A stretch of DNA of 64,000 nucleotides from Gammaproteobacteria bacterium (lineage in GTDB: Bacteria; Pseudomonadota; Gammaproteobacteria; Ga0077536), in assembly GCA_963662545.2 (NCBI GenBank), contig CAXXLL010000003.1, positions 64,001-128,000 of the forward strand. Reading direction: 5' to 3'. Below the pieces are notes generated by a model. The model saw only the letters and a list, made by a program, of their open reading frames with translations. It was not told the origin of the DNA and did not search any database. The translations under genes were made by a program, and so were the position numbers. Positions 18,271 to 27,564 of this stretch are shown here, in pieces; positions within the stretch are counted from its first letter, which is position 1; each line of letters starts with the position of its first letter.

Positions 18271-19766
18271 GACGCGCCTCCACCCAACAAGCTCATATAA
18301 CTGGCGGCGGCCGTGGTCGCCACGTTGGCCCGAGGCAGGTAGGGATAGATATCCAGGTCGAGTTTGGGCGGGCGTCGCTCGATACGGCACAGCACAAGGT
18401 GTTTGACGGCGTCGTAGCCGATCGCGCCCAGGCGCAGGGCGTCCTTCACCGCGCCGTGAAGCACCTCGAGATCGAAGGTCTCCAGAAGCCGAAGGACCTG
18501 GACGTATTCCCGCTTGCCGGCCTTGCCCATGCGCGCCTCCAGGAGACGGCGCAGGGTTGGGAAGGCATCAGGCAGTTCCCATCCGGCTAGCGGCGCGGCC
18601 TGATCCAGGGCACCGATCTTGTGCTCCAGCAAAGGCAGGTAGTGGATCGGATCGAAGACCCTATCTTCCCGGTCGTAGGAACGGGGGTGTCGGGCAATGA
18701 TCCCGGCGCCGCAACCGATAACCACCTCGTGGACATAGCCACGGATCCAGACTTCCTGATGGCCGTAGGCGACGGGCACGGAATAGTCATTCGTCCGGTA
18801 GCGCACCAGGGACAGCGAGTTGACCCGCGTGCCCTGCTTGTCGCACGCGTCGAACGGTGCCGGCAGTGGCCTCTTCAACGCTTCGCGGTCACGCACAAAC
18901 CGTTCGCCGATGCTCTCGCGGTGGCCGCGCAGGACGTCGTCTTGCCGTTTGCGGCATTGTTCCTCCAGGTAAGCGTTGAAGGCGTCCCAGCTCGCGAACC
19001 GGGGAAGCGGCGTCATGAAGTTCCGTCGGGCGTAGCCAACCACCCCCTCAACATTGCCTTTGTCGTTGCCCTTGCCGGGACGGCCGTAACGGTCCTCGAA
19101 GAGGTAATGGGACTGCAGTCCGCTGAACGCTCGCGTTCGTTGTCGCGTGCCATCCGGCAAGATGCGCGACACCAGGCACTTGTCGTTGTCGTAGAGAATC
19201 GATCGGGGAACACCGCCGAAGAAGGCGAAGGTTCTGTTGTGCCCGTCCAGCCAGGCCTCCGTCGTCGCTGACGGGTAGGCCGCAACGAAGCAGGCATCGC
19301 TGTGGGGAAGTGTCATGACGAAAAAATGCGCCCGATACTTGACGCCGGCGATGATCGCATCCGCCTCGCCAAAGTCCGCTTGAGCATGGCCCGGAGGATG
19401 TGACAACGGCACAAACATCTCACGCCGACGAAGGCGCCGTTCCCGAACGTAATCCTTCACGATGGTCTCTTTGCCCGTGAAGCCATGTTCGTCGCGAAGG
19501 CGCTCGAATATACGCTTCGCCGTGTGGTGCTGCTTACGGTGAACCGTTCGGTCCTCCTCCAGAATACGGTCGATGATATCCGTGAAGGGGGCCCGTTTCG
19601 GGCGTTTCGGTGGCTGGCGTCGCCGATATCCCGGCGGTTCCGAATGCCGCAGCATCTTCCTCACCGTCTCGCGCGCAATGCCAAACCGACTTGCCGCCTC
19701 TCGCTGGCTCAGACCATCAACATGGCAGGCCAGCCGAACGCGCAGATATAGGTCCACGGTGTACAT
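18267..19766 (-). CDS. istA: IS21 transposase
   Basis: N-terminal HTH, AQADFG, ILYDN, GNDKGNVEG, RTNDYSVP. Confidence 0.95.
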   Translation of the reverse strand: MYTVDLYLRVRLACHVDGLSQREAASRFGIARETVRKMLRHSEPPGYRRRQPPKRPKRAPFTDIIDRILEEDRTVHRKQHHTAKRIFERLRDEHGFTGKETIVKDYVRERRLRRREMFVPLSHPPGHAQADFGEADAIIAGVKYRAHFFVMTLPHSDACFVAAYPSATTEAWLDGHNRTFAFFGGVPRSILYDNDKCLVSRILPDGTRQRTRAFSGLQSHYLFEDRYGRPGKGNDKGNVEGVVGYARRNFMTPLPRFASWDAFNAYLEEQCRKRQDDVLRGHRESIGERFVRDREALKRPLPAPFDACDKQGTRVNSLSLVRYRTNDYSVPVAYGHQEVWIRGYVHEVVIGCGAGIIARHPRSYDREDRVFDPIHYLPLLEHKIGALDQAAPLAGWELPDAFPTLRRLLEARMGKAGKREYVQVLRLLETFDLEVLHGAVKDALRLGAIGYDAVKHLVLCRIERRPPKLDLDIYPYLPRANVATTAAASYMSLLGGGAS

Positions 19767-19933
19767 CCTCCCGCCTTCCATCTCAAAAAAGATCGAAGGC
19801 TACAGGTGGCAGAGTTTTACTCCGCCCGCGGCTGGGAAATCCCGCCGCTTCCGTGGACTAATTTGTCACCGCCGTTCTCACGTATGTAGCATAGGCAATC
19901 AACTGACCTTGACTAGAGATCGAAAAGGCGCCC

Positions 19934-20683
19934 TCAACCCAATGGATCTATCCGACTTAATTCAAGTAACTCACGTATCAAGGGTTGCGCATTGTTTCGC
20001 GACGGAACCTCCGTCTCAATGCGATACAAATAACCCGGCAGCTCATCGCACACGATGAAGGAATAGCTCTTGTTCGCAAAGCGTTCGAATAATTCGCGTT
20101 TGGGATCGTTGAGATACGGCTGAAAGCTGATCTCGAAGCCCTGCCACTCGCGGCCGTCAAATGTAAATGTCTTCGGCGTCACCGTCGCGGATTGCGCCAG
20201 GGCGAACTTGATGCGCCGCTGGAAATAGCGCCAGCGTTCGCGCGAACCTCCATCGGGATCGGTCAGCCTGTTCATTTCGTAGACATCGCCCTGCAGATAC
20301 ACCTTTATCACCGGGTTTACGGTCGCGCTGTCGACGGGTGATACGGGGAAATTGCGTTCGCCAGTCAAAAACTCGACCGACGCGACCTTGGTTCCATCGT
20401 CGTTAATTTTCTGGATTACGAATCGGACTCGATCGGAAAACCCGGTTTCGAGCGAACCTGCCTTTTCAAAGTGGTAAGTCAACTCCATCGCATGCGATAC
20501 CGATTTCAACTGATCGGTGAGCCACAATCGAGTCTCGGCCTCGGAAAACTCGATGCCATCGGCTGCCTCGGGTTCCTGGGCGGTGACGTTCGACCACACT
20601 ACTGTGATCGTGATAACGGACAGGCACAAGCTTGCAATAGCTTGGTGAAACCACCGATATTTCGCCAATCGACTAATCATCAT
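19934..20683 (-). CDS. secreted hypothetical protein downstream of xoxJ
   Basis: Signal-peptide-like N-terminus; 249 aa; overlaps the xoxJ stop, consistent with co-transcription. Confidence 0.75.
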   Translation of the reverse strand: MMISRLAKYRWFHQAIASLCLSVITITVVWSNVTAQEPEAADGIEFSEAETRLWLTDQLKSVSHAMELTYHFEKAGSLETGFSDRVRFVIQKINDDGTKVASVEFLTGERNFPVSPVDSATVNPVIKVYLQGDVYEMNRLTDPDGGSRERWRYFQRRIKFALAQSATVTPKTFTFDGREWQGFEISFQPYLNDPKRELFERFANKSYSFIVCDELPGYLYRIETEVPSRNNAQPLIRELLELSRIDPLG

Positions 20684-21557
20684 CTGCGATCTCCCGAATG
20701 ATCAGTTCGCGCATCGGCACGCCGTACTCCGCCAGGATTTGATCGATCTCCGCCTGATTCTCCGCGATCAATCGATTGATCTGGGCCTTCCATTCATCCT
20801 CGCCAAACCGCACTGCCATCGAGATCTGATAATTAAACCGCAAGCCGGGTTCATTGTTCATTGGAATGACCCGAATTTCGTGATCCTGAATTTCTTTGGC
20901 GTAATAGCCCGCGATTGGCCCCCAGATGAAGGTCAGGTTTATTTTGTCCTGGACGAGATCGCGCTCGATGATCTTGCCCGGGGTTTCCCGGGCGTCTCCC
21001 GTCATCGTCTGATAGGGCGTCCCATACTCCATCAAGTCGACCTGGAATATCCAGTCGGTCGTCGGCCCGCGGTCCCAGATCCCGATGCGGAGTTTTTCTT
21101 TCTGCTCGACCGTCAGCTCTTTCAGATCGTCCTGCGATTCGATGAAGTCTAGCCCCCGGCCCTTGACGTAGACCATGGCCCACGACGAATGCAGATAGGG
21201 GCGGGTCGTCGCCGCCATGTCGAAGTTCTCGATGGTCCCCATCACGAGATCACATTTATAGCTTCCATCAGATGTATCGTTATTACGCAGCGTGTTCCTG
21301 ATGAATCCGATCCGCTGTGGAAACCATTCGTACTCAAGCGGCAGGCTCAGTTTGCGCGCAAACAATTCCGCGATCTTGTTCTCGTAACCGAGCCCTTGCT
21401 TGTTCGACATCGGCAGATTGGAAGGATCGGCACACACGCGAAGCGCCGTACGCTCAGTCACCGGATCTGCTGAAACTGGCGCGCCCAATACGACGCCGAA
21501 GAGCACCAGCGCCAATCGGATATATCGCGCGGATCGGACCTTGAGGAGAGAATTCAT
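20673..21557 (-). CDS. xoxJ: XoxJ/MxaJ-type periplasmic binding protein
   Basis: LRVCADPSNLPMSN, GYENKIAEL, GFIRNTL, CDLVMG, TTRPY, WGPIAGY, ISMAVRFGE. Confidence 0.9.
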   Translation of the reverse strand: MNSLLKVRSARYIRLALVLFGVVLGAPVSADPVTERTALRVCADPSNLPMSNKQGLGYENKIAELFARKLSLPLEYEWFPQRIGFIRNTLRNNDTSDGSYKCDLVMGTIENFDMAATTRPYLHSSWAMVYVKGRGLDFIESQDDLKELTVEQKEKLRIGIWDRGPTTDWIFQVDLMEYGTPYQTMTGDARETPGKIIERDLVQDKINLTFIWGPIAGYYAKEIQDHEIRVIPMNNEPGLRFNYQISMAVRFGEDEWKAQINRLIAENQAEIDQILAEYGVPMRELIIREIADDD

Positions 21558-21616
21558 TGGCAAGGCATGATCTAAGAAAAGGAGAAGAGAATCATGCAAT
21601 AGGTGGCTTGCTTTAT

Positions 21617-22069
21617 CTACTTGGCCTTGTTTTCAAGCGCCTTTTTCATCTTCTTGATCGCGCGGTTGACCATATTTCTCGCAATCTTGATGTTCGCGAG
21701 GTTCTCTTCGATCTGCGCTATATTGGCCGGTGGATCCGCGTCGCCGACGACGATCGCGCCGACCATGCCCGTGCTTATATGCGGAGTGCATTTGTAGATG
21801 TAAGCGCCTTCCTTTTCGACGGTGATGCTAAACCCCTCCTCGCCCATCTTCGAATTCCAGCCCTCGGCGCCTTCGGGGATCATGCCTTCCAGCGCTGCCG
21901 TATCGTGCCCGATCATATTCATGAATCTGACCGTATCACCGGGTTGCGCAAAGGTAACCAGAGGCCTCCACTGGGTGATAACGCCTTTGACGATATGCTC
22001 CTCCGCCGATACCCATGAGCTCACCAGCGCTCCCGCCATGCAAAGGATGACCTGGAATATTCTTTTCAT
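21617..22069 (-). CDS. pseudoazurin-type blue copper protein (cupredoxin) with signal peptide
   Basis: Signal MKRIFQVILC...VSA; PGDTVRF, GHDT, IPEGAEGW, and YKCTPHISTGMVGAIVVG give the His/Cys/His/Met type-1 Cu ligands; C-terminal helices. Confidence 0.9.
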   Translation of the reverse strand: MKRIFQVILCMAGALVSSWVSAEEHIVKGVITQWRPLVTFAQPGDTVRFMNMIGHDTAALEGMIPEGAEGWNSKMGEEGFSITVEKEGAYIYKCTPHISTGMVGAIVVGDADPPANIAQIEENLANIKIARNMVNRAIKKMKKALENKAK

Positions 22070-22242
22070 TCTATTGAACTCCGTTGAACTTACGCTGCCG
22101 TCGCCTTGGCGGCCGTTCCGCACCGGTTTCGGACTTTCACAATAGGCTATCGGCAACACCATGAACGCGGGCTGAATTACGCGGCGCACCTTTATACCAG
22201 AGCGAAACCGATAGTCAATGAAATGGCTGAACCTCGGACCAA

Positions 22243-22282
22243 TAAATAAAAAACCCGGCACTTCGGACGAAGTGCCGGGTTT
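22243..22282 (-). terminator. intrinsic terminator after xoxF
   Basis: Perfect stem AAACCCGGCACTTC-GGAC-GAAGTGCCGGGTTT with a T-rich tail on the minus strand. Confidence 0.85.
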
Positions 22283-22341
22283 AAGCTCATAAAGTCAGTT
22301 TAAGACTGATCTTGTTAATTTATCGCTATCAACGATGCTGC

Positions 22342-24204
22342 TTACGGCAGGCTGAAAACAGTCAACACGCCGCCTAAGCGGGTGAAGCTGTTCAAACCCT
22401 TGTAGGCACCGACCGCACCGAGGCCGTCGGTGTCGTTGATGAGGCCTGCGGCCATGCCGATACCGGCCCAACCGCCAACGCCCGACAGCACGCCGACATA
22501 TTGCTTGCCGCCGTGACCCCAGGTATTGGTGTTGGCGATGATCCCGGAAGGCGTCTTGAACTTCCAGAGCAGCTTGCCGCTCTTGGCGTCAATGGCCTTC
22601 AGGTAACCGCCTAGCGTGCCATAGAACACGACGTCACCGGCCGTCGCCAGCGCACCGCTCCAAACGGAGAAGCGCTCCGGAATCGACCAGACGATCTTGC
22701 CCTTGTCCGCATCCCAGGCAATGAAGTTACCCAGGTTGTTATTGTCGGCGCTGTTGCCGAATTCCGGACCAGGCGAGACACGGCCGGCCGGGAACATGCT
22801 GAGCACAGCGTTCACGTACGGCTGACCCGCCACATACTCACCACCGCTTACCGGCTCGTAATTCATGCAGACGTGGTTCGTCGGCACGTAAAACAGGCCT
22901 GTGCGCGGGCTGTAAGCCGCGGGCTGCTGGTCCTTGGTACCGAGTGCGGCCGGGCAGATGTTGGTGGTATTGACGTCTTCACCCTGAAAGTGGGTGCTGT
23001 ATTTGGCGACCACCTGGGGACGGCCCGTCTTCATGTCGACATGCGTGGCCCAGTTGACCGCGGGATCGTATTTCTCGGCAACGAGAAGCGCGCCGTTGGT
23101 ACGGTCCAGCGTATAGCCGAAGCCGTTGCGGTCGAAATGGACGAGGGCTTTGGTGTCTTTGCCCTTGACCTTCATGTCGACGAGGATCATCTCGTTGATG
23201 CCGTCGTAGTCCCACTCATCGTGGGGCGTCATCTGATAGACCCAGTGGGCCATCCCGGTATCGACGTCACGCGAGATAATGGCCATGGTCCACTTGTTGT
23301 CGCCGGGGCGAACAACCGGGTTCCAGGTCGACGGGTTGCCGGTACCGTAGTAGAACGCGTTGCGCTCTTTGTCGTACGGCCACCAACCCCACACCGAGCC
23401 ACCGCCGATCTTCCACTGATCGCCCTTCCAGGTCTTCAGCGAAGAATCCGCGCCGACGGGCTGACCCAGCGAAGTGGTCTTCTCAGGATCGAACAGCATG
23501 TCCGAATCAGGACCCATGCTGTAGGCGCGCCAGACGCGCTTGCCGTCACTCAGGTTATACGCATTGACCCAGCAGCGCACGCCAAACTCGGCACCGGACA
23601 TCCCCGTGATGACTTTGTCCTTCATCACATGCGGGGCATTGGTGTTGGTTTGACCCAGCTTGGGATCACCGTTCTTGATCGACCAGACGACTTTGCCGTC
23701 CTTCGCGTTCAACGCGACCAGCGTGGTGTCGGCCTGCTGCAGAATGATCTTGCCTTCACCGTAGCCTACTCCGCGGTTGACCACGTCACAGCACATGACC
23801 GGGACGGTCTCGTCGTAGTCTTGAACGGGTACGTACTCCCAGACGATCTCGAGGTTGTCGAGATTGATGGCGAACACGTTGTTGGGAAACGCTGCAACGA
23901 TATACAGCGTGTCATGCGACAGACCCGTTTCTGACCCCGGCAGGACGAGTGGTCCACCTTCGTGCCCACGCAGGACACCGGTGGAAAACGTCCACGCCGC
24001 CTGGAGCTTGTGCGCGTTCTGGTTGTTGATTTGCTTCAACTCCGAATAACGCCAGTTCCAGTAGTTACCACCGGGAAATACCCAGTAGTTGGGGTCTTGC
24101 ATTAGCTTCTCAAGTCCTGCGTTGGCGGACACCTGTGCGGTGCCCACGAACGCCACAAGAGAGGCTGCCGCGATGAGCCATCGCTTAAACGATGTTTTCC
24201 TCAT
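22342..24204 (-). CDS. xoxF: lanthanide-dependent PQQ methanol dehydrogenase
   Basis: [14 protein letters not shown], vicinal disulfide [35 protein letters not shown] (extra Ln-ligand Asp), [32 protein letters not shown]. Confidence 0.95.
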   Translation of the reverse strand: MRKTSFKRWLIAAASLVAFVGTAQVSANAGLEKLMQDPNYWVFPGGNYWNWRYSELKQINNQNAHKLQAAWTFSTGVLRGHEGGPLVLPGSETGLSHDTLYIVAAFPNNVFAINLDNLEIVWEYVPVQDYDETVPVMCCDVVNRGVGYGEGKIILQQADTTLVALNAKDGKVVWSIKNGDPKLGQTNTNAPHVMKDKVITGMSGAEFGVRCWVNAYNLSDGKRVWRAYSMGPDSDMLFDPEKTTSLGQPVGADSSLKTWKGDQWKIGGGSVWGWWPYDKERNAFYYGTGNPSTWNPVVRPGDNKWTMAIISRDVDTGMAHWVYQMTPHDEWDYDGINEMILVDMKVKGKDTKALVHFDRNGFGYTLDRTNGALLVAEKYDPAVNWATHVDMKTGRPQVVAKYSTHFQGEDVNTTNICPAALGTKDQQPAAYSPRTGLFYVPTNHVCMNYEPVSGGEYVAGQPYVNAVLSMFPAGRVSPGPEFGNSADNNNLGNFIAWDADKGKIVWSIPERFSVWSGALATAGDVVFYGTLGGYLKAIDAKSGKLLWKFKTPSGIIANTNTWGHGGKQYVGVLSGVGGWAGIGMAAGLINDTDGLGAVGAYKGLNSFTRLGGVLTVFSLP

Positions 24205-24751
24205 GACCTCCTCCTTCACACTTACTTTAAATAACAATCACGTGATTGATCTCTTTGTTGTTTTAACTCCGAGCCGGCCCGAGATCGAGAAGCCGAAACA
24301 GAGCGTTGGAAATCGGTTACAGACGCGTCGACGGAAAATAGACGGTACAGAGCGGGATACCCGGCGGGGCCGGGCCAATGGCAACGCGGAACCGCGGGCG
24401 TTCCGCCGGGCGAAGACAACTTTACGGACAATGGTGTACCACCCCTCCGGTCGCTGATTTTACCGACCTGAACATTCGCACAGGTCGTTGGGCATGCTTT
24501 ATCGGTTCTTATTACGACTATTCAGATGCCCCGGACACGACTGAGATCTAAATCCGTGTGTCTCGGTGCTGGCGATCTCCCGTGCACACCATCATAGGAG
24601 ACGCTTCGTTATTTCATCTCGTGCGCCTAGCGGCAACGCCACAGGGCGGGGGAGTCAGCTCGATTATAGGGAAATTTTCCTAAGCGGCAACCGATTTCGC
24701 CGCCATACGGACCCGTATTCCCACGTTCCGTTTGCGGGAATTTCGGGCCGA

Positions 24752-25144
24752 CTATTCTGGTTCGCCTGCCGTTTTCACAACGGCGTTCGCCTTTTTCCGA
24801 TTCATGCCGATGAAGCATCGTTTCTTGGCGTCGGCCCGTGCTTTGTCAAGCTCACTAACGACCACCTCGGCCCGCTCGCTGTCACGGAAAATCCCGCCCT
24901 TCTCGCCCGGCATACGCCGGTAGATTTCGAAAGTACGCGCCTCGCTGAAATCCTCGAAATCCATCTGCTGTGCGATAATGTCGATCTCACACGAGCAGGC
25001 GTAAAGATTATCGACCGTCTGGCCGCCATGGGTCTTCATGCAGGTCAAAACATGGTCTACGCGTTCGAGCGTGGGGTAGTCGTTGGCCGATGCTGCGAAT
25101 GGAAGAGCGGCAATTAGTAGGATGAGTCCCAGGGTATTTCGCAT
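24752..25144 (-). CDS. small secreted Cys-containing protein upstream of xoxF
   Basis: Signal peptide, then NDYPT..RV..VL.CM and Y.CSCEID. Resembles the hypotheticals found beside PQQ dehydrogenase genes. Confidence 0.75.
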   Translation of the reverse strand: MRNTLGLILLIAALPFAASANDYPTLERVDHVLTCMKTHGGQTVDNLYACSCEIDIIAQQMDFEDFSEARTFEIYRRMPGEKGGIFRDSERAEVVVSELDKARADAKKRCFIGMNRKKANAVVKTAGEPE

Positions 25145-25322
25145 GTATATCCTCCAGTGCGTCGTCGAATATTACCAATTTATTGCGAATGCCTCGTTTC
25201 CTGACCGACTTGCGACGGATGGCCTTCCGATCAGGACAATACCTTATTGCACCGTCGCGCCGGTTGTTTCAGGCGGCCCAATCAGGCTTGAGCCCCGGTC
25301 CTGATAGCGGGTACGATTTCGC

Positions 25323-26681
25323 ATGTCTTTGACCGCGATCGCTTTCCTGGGGGCCTACGGGCTCGGACTCCTGTCTTCGTTCGTGGTTCATCCCCGCTGG
25401 GGACTGATCACCTACATCGCCGTATTTTACCTGCATCCACCGCTGCGTTGGTGGGGCGTTGGTCTGCCGGACATGCGTTGGTCGCTGCTGGCTGCCGTCG
25501 TGACGCTGATCTCACTGCCGCAGGCGAAGCTTCCCCCACAGGCGACACCATTCGCTTCTATTGCGCTCGCAAAGCTCCTGATGATTTACGTCGCGTGGAT
25601 GTGGATACAGACGGCATGGGCCAGTCCGCGCCACCTCGAAGGGGTGATTCTCTTTACTAAATATCTGGTTTTGTTCTACTTGATCTACCGCCTGATCATC
25701 GATGAAAAGACCCTGCTCCTGTTCGCCGTGGCACACGTGCTTGGATGTTTTTATTTCGGACTTCTCGCGCTCGACGCGCGGGGCGTCGGGCGGCTCGAGT
25801 ACATCGGCGGGCCCGGTGCAAATGATTCAAATACGCTGGGTATGCATGTGTCCACGGGCCTGTTCTTCGCAGGTACGCTGATACTGACGCAGCGGGGATG
25901 GATCCGCTGGACCGTTCTGCTGATGGTTCCGGTACTCGCCAACTGCATCGTCCAGGCCGAAAGCCGGGGCGCTTTCCTGGGCGCGGCTTTCGGAGGCCTC
26001 GCCTTCTTCTATCTGGCGCCAAAGCTCTACCGGAAATACATCTTCACGCTGGGCATCATCTCCATCTTCATCCTCCTGGCATACGCCCCTGCCGTATACT
26101 GGGATCGTATGGGCACCCTGAGTGCGGTCCAGTCGGACGAGGTCGAAATCGACCGTAGTTCGCAGTCGCGCATCGCACTCGCCGCCGCGCAGTTTGATAT
26201 GTTCACGGACTACCCATTCGGGCTCGGCTTCGATACCACTACCCAGCTCAGCCGCGGCTACCTCGAGACAGAGTGGCTGACAGCGGCGTTTCGTCAGGAC
26301 GTAGCGTCACAAGGTGGACGCTCCTCGCACAACACGCTGCTCAGTGTGCTGGTGGACCAGGGATTCCCGGGGATCATCATCGCGTTGGCGATAATACTCG
26401 TGGTGTTATCGCTGGTTCGAAGGTTCAAAAAGCTCGACGATCAGGGCCTTTCGCAAGAACTCGGTCTTTATCGAGCGGCTATCGGAGCAACGCTCGCGGC
26501 CGTTCTCACATCCGGAATGTTCACCAATTACCTGAAGGCCGAAATACAGCTTTGGAGCCTTGCGCTGCTGGTGGCGGCTTACGAACTCGGAAAGCTGAGA
26601 TGCGCCGAAAGGAAGGCGCAGGCCCGAATGGCGCGAGAGGATCCTGCCCCACAAGTCGGCTATTTGGCGCCGTCAAGGTAA
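25323..26681 (+). CDS. O-antigen ligase/Wzy_C-like membrane protein (exosortase-system associated)
   Basis: Multi-TM; DSNTLG, ESRGAFLG, SSQSRI, SSHNTLLSVLVDQG. Confidence 0.82.
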   Translation: MSLTAIAFLGAYGLGLLSSFVVHPRWGLITYIAVFYLHPPLRWWGVGLPDMRWSLLAAVVTLISLPQAKLPPQATPFASIALAKLLMIYVAWMWIQTAWASPRHLEGVILFTKYLVLFYLIYRLIIDEKTLLLFAVAHVLGCFYFGLLALDARGVGRLEYIGGPGANDSNTLGMHVSTGLFFAGTLILTQRGWIRWTVLLMVPVLANCIVQAESRGAFLGAAFGGLAFFYLAPKLYRKYIFTLGIISIFILLAYAPAVYWDRMGTLSAVQSDEVEIDRSSQSRIALAAAQFDMFTDYPFGLGFDTTTQLSRGYLETEWLTAAFRQDVASQGGRSSHNTLLSVLVDQGFPGIIIALAIILVVLSLVRRFKKLDDQGLSQELGLYRAAIGATLAAVLTSGMFTNYLKAEIQLWSLALLVAAYELGKLRCAERKAQARMAREDPAPQVGYLAPSR

Positions 26682-26686
26682 ACCCC

Positions 26687-27478
26687 GTGCAATCGGCCGG
26701 CATTCGAAACTTCGACCCCGATGAACTCGCATCGCTGTTCGATCTCAAGTATCGCGGCAGCGTCGAGCTCGGCCCAGACCCCGCGCGGCGGCAGCGCTTC
26801 AACTATTACAATCCAGACGATCACTATGAAGCCCTGATCCGGAAGCTGGTGCAGCCGCAAACCCGCTGGCTCGAGGTGGGTTGCGGGCGCCATATTTTCC
26901 CCAGTAATCCGGCGCTCGCGAAAGAGCTGTCCGCGCGTTGCGCCTCGCTCACCGGAGTCGATCCTGATGCAACCATCGAGGAAAACCCGTTCGTGCACGG
27001 CAAGGTGCGCGGGATGGTCGAGGACCTGGACCCCGAGCTCCAATTCGATCTCGTCACGCTCCGCATGGTCGCGGAGCACGTCGCCGACCCCGCCGATATG
27101 CTCAAGACCCTTTCGAATCTCGTGGTTCCGAACGGGATTGTAGTCATCTACACCATCAACAAGTGGAGCCCTGTTCCACTTGCCACGGCAGTAACGCCTT
27201 TCTCGCTGCACCATCCGATCAAGTACGTTCTGTGGCGCGGGGAGGAAAAAGATACCTTTCCTACGACTTACAGGATGAACACACGCGCGCAACTGCGCGA
27301 ACTGTTCTCTACAGCAGGATTTGCGGAAGACTGCTTCTGGTATCTCGACGACTGCCGAACCTTTCAGAGATTCAGGCTCTTGAACCTGCTCGAACTCAGC
27401 GCCTGGCGAGTACTCAAGGCAATGGGTTTAAGGTATCCGGAAAACTGCCTTCTGGGCGTTTACCGCCGCCGCGGTTAA
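26687..27478 (+). CDS. class I SAM-dependent methyltransferase
   Basis: WLEVGCG, GVDPD, FDLVTLRMVAEHV. Start inferred at GTG 26687. Confidence 0.82.
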   Translation: MQSAGIRNFDPDELASLFDLKYRGSVELGPDPARRQRFNYYNPDDHYEALIRKLVQPQTRWLEVGCGRHIFPSNPALAKELSARCASLTGVDPDATIEENPFVHGKVRGMVEDLDPELQFDLVTLRMVAEHVADPADMLKTLSNLVVPNGIVVIYTINKWSPVPLATAVTPFSLHHPIKYVLWRGEEKDTFPTTYRMNTRAQLRELFSTAGFAEDCFWYLDDCRTFQRFRLLNLLELSAWRVLKAMGLRYPENCLLGVYRRRG

Positions 27479-27564
27479 GGCATCGAGGACGTGCTTATTT
27501 CCAATCCGATTGAACACGTATCCGTAGCCTAAAGCGGTCGCACGGTCCAGACGACTTATCACCC

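Larger units (their letters stand above)
17298..19880 (-). mobile_element. IS21-family insertion sequence, copy 1
   Basis: Ends TGTCAACGGCGG... and ...CCGCCGTTCTCA, with reiterated subterminal GGCGGAGCAAAA..AGTCCAC boxes; carries istAB; no target duplication. Confidence 0.95.

Noticed and set aside
274-23934. Long antisense/shadow ORFs (e.g. 274-1176, 327-1229, 6307-7449, 11702-13177, 22873-23934)
   Set aside because: They lie opposite well-supported genes in GC-rich DNA and show no recognisable motifs.
22342-24204. Calcium-dependent MxaF
   Set aside because: The motif is DEWDYDG, not DEWDYAG, and no mxaI or mxaRSACKL genes are seen.
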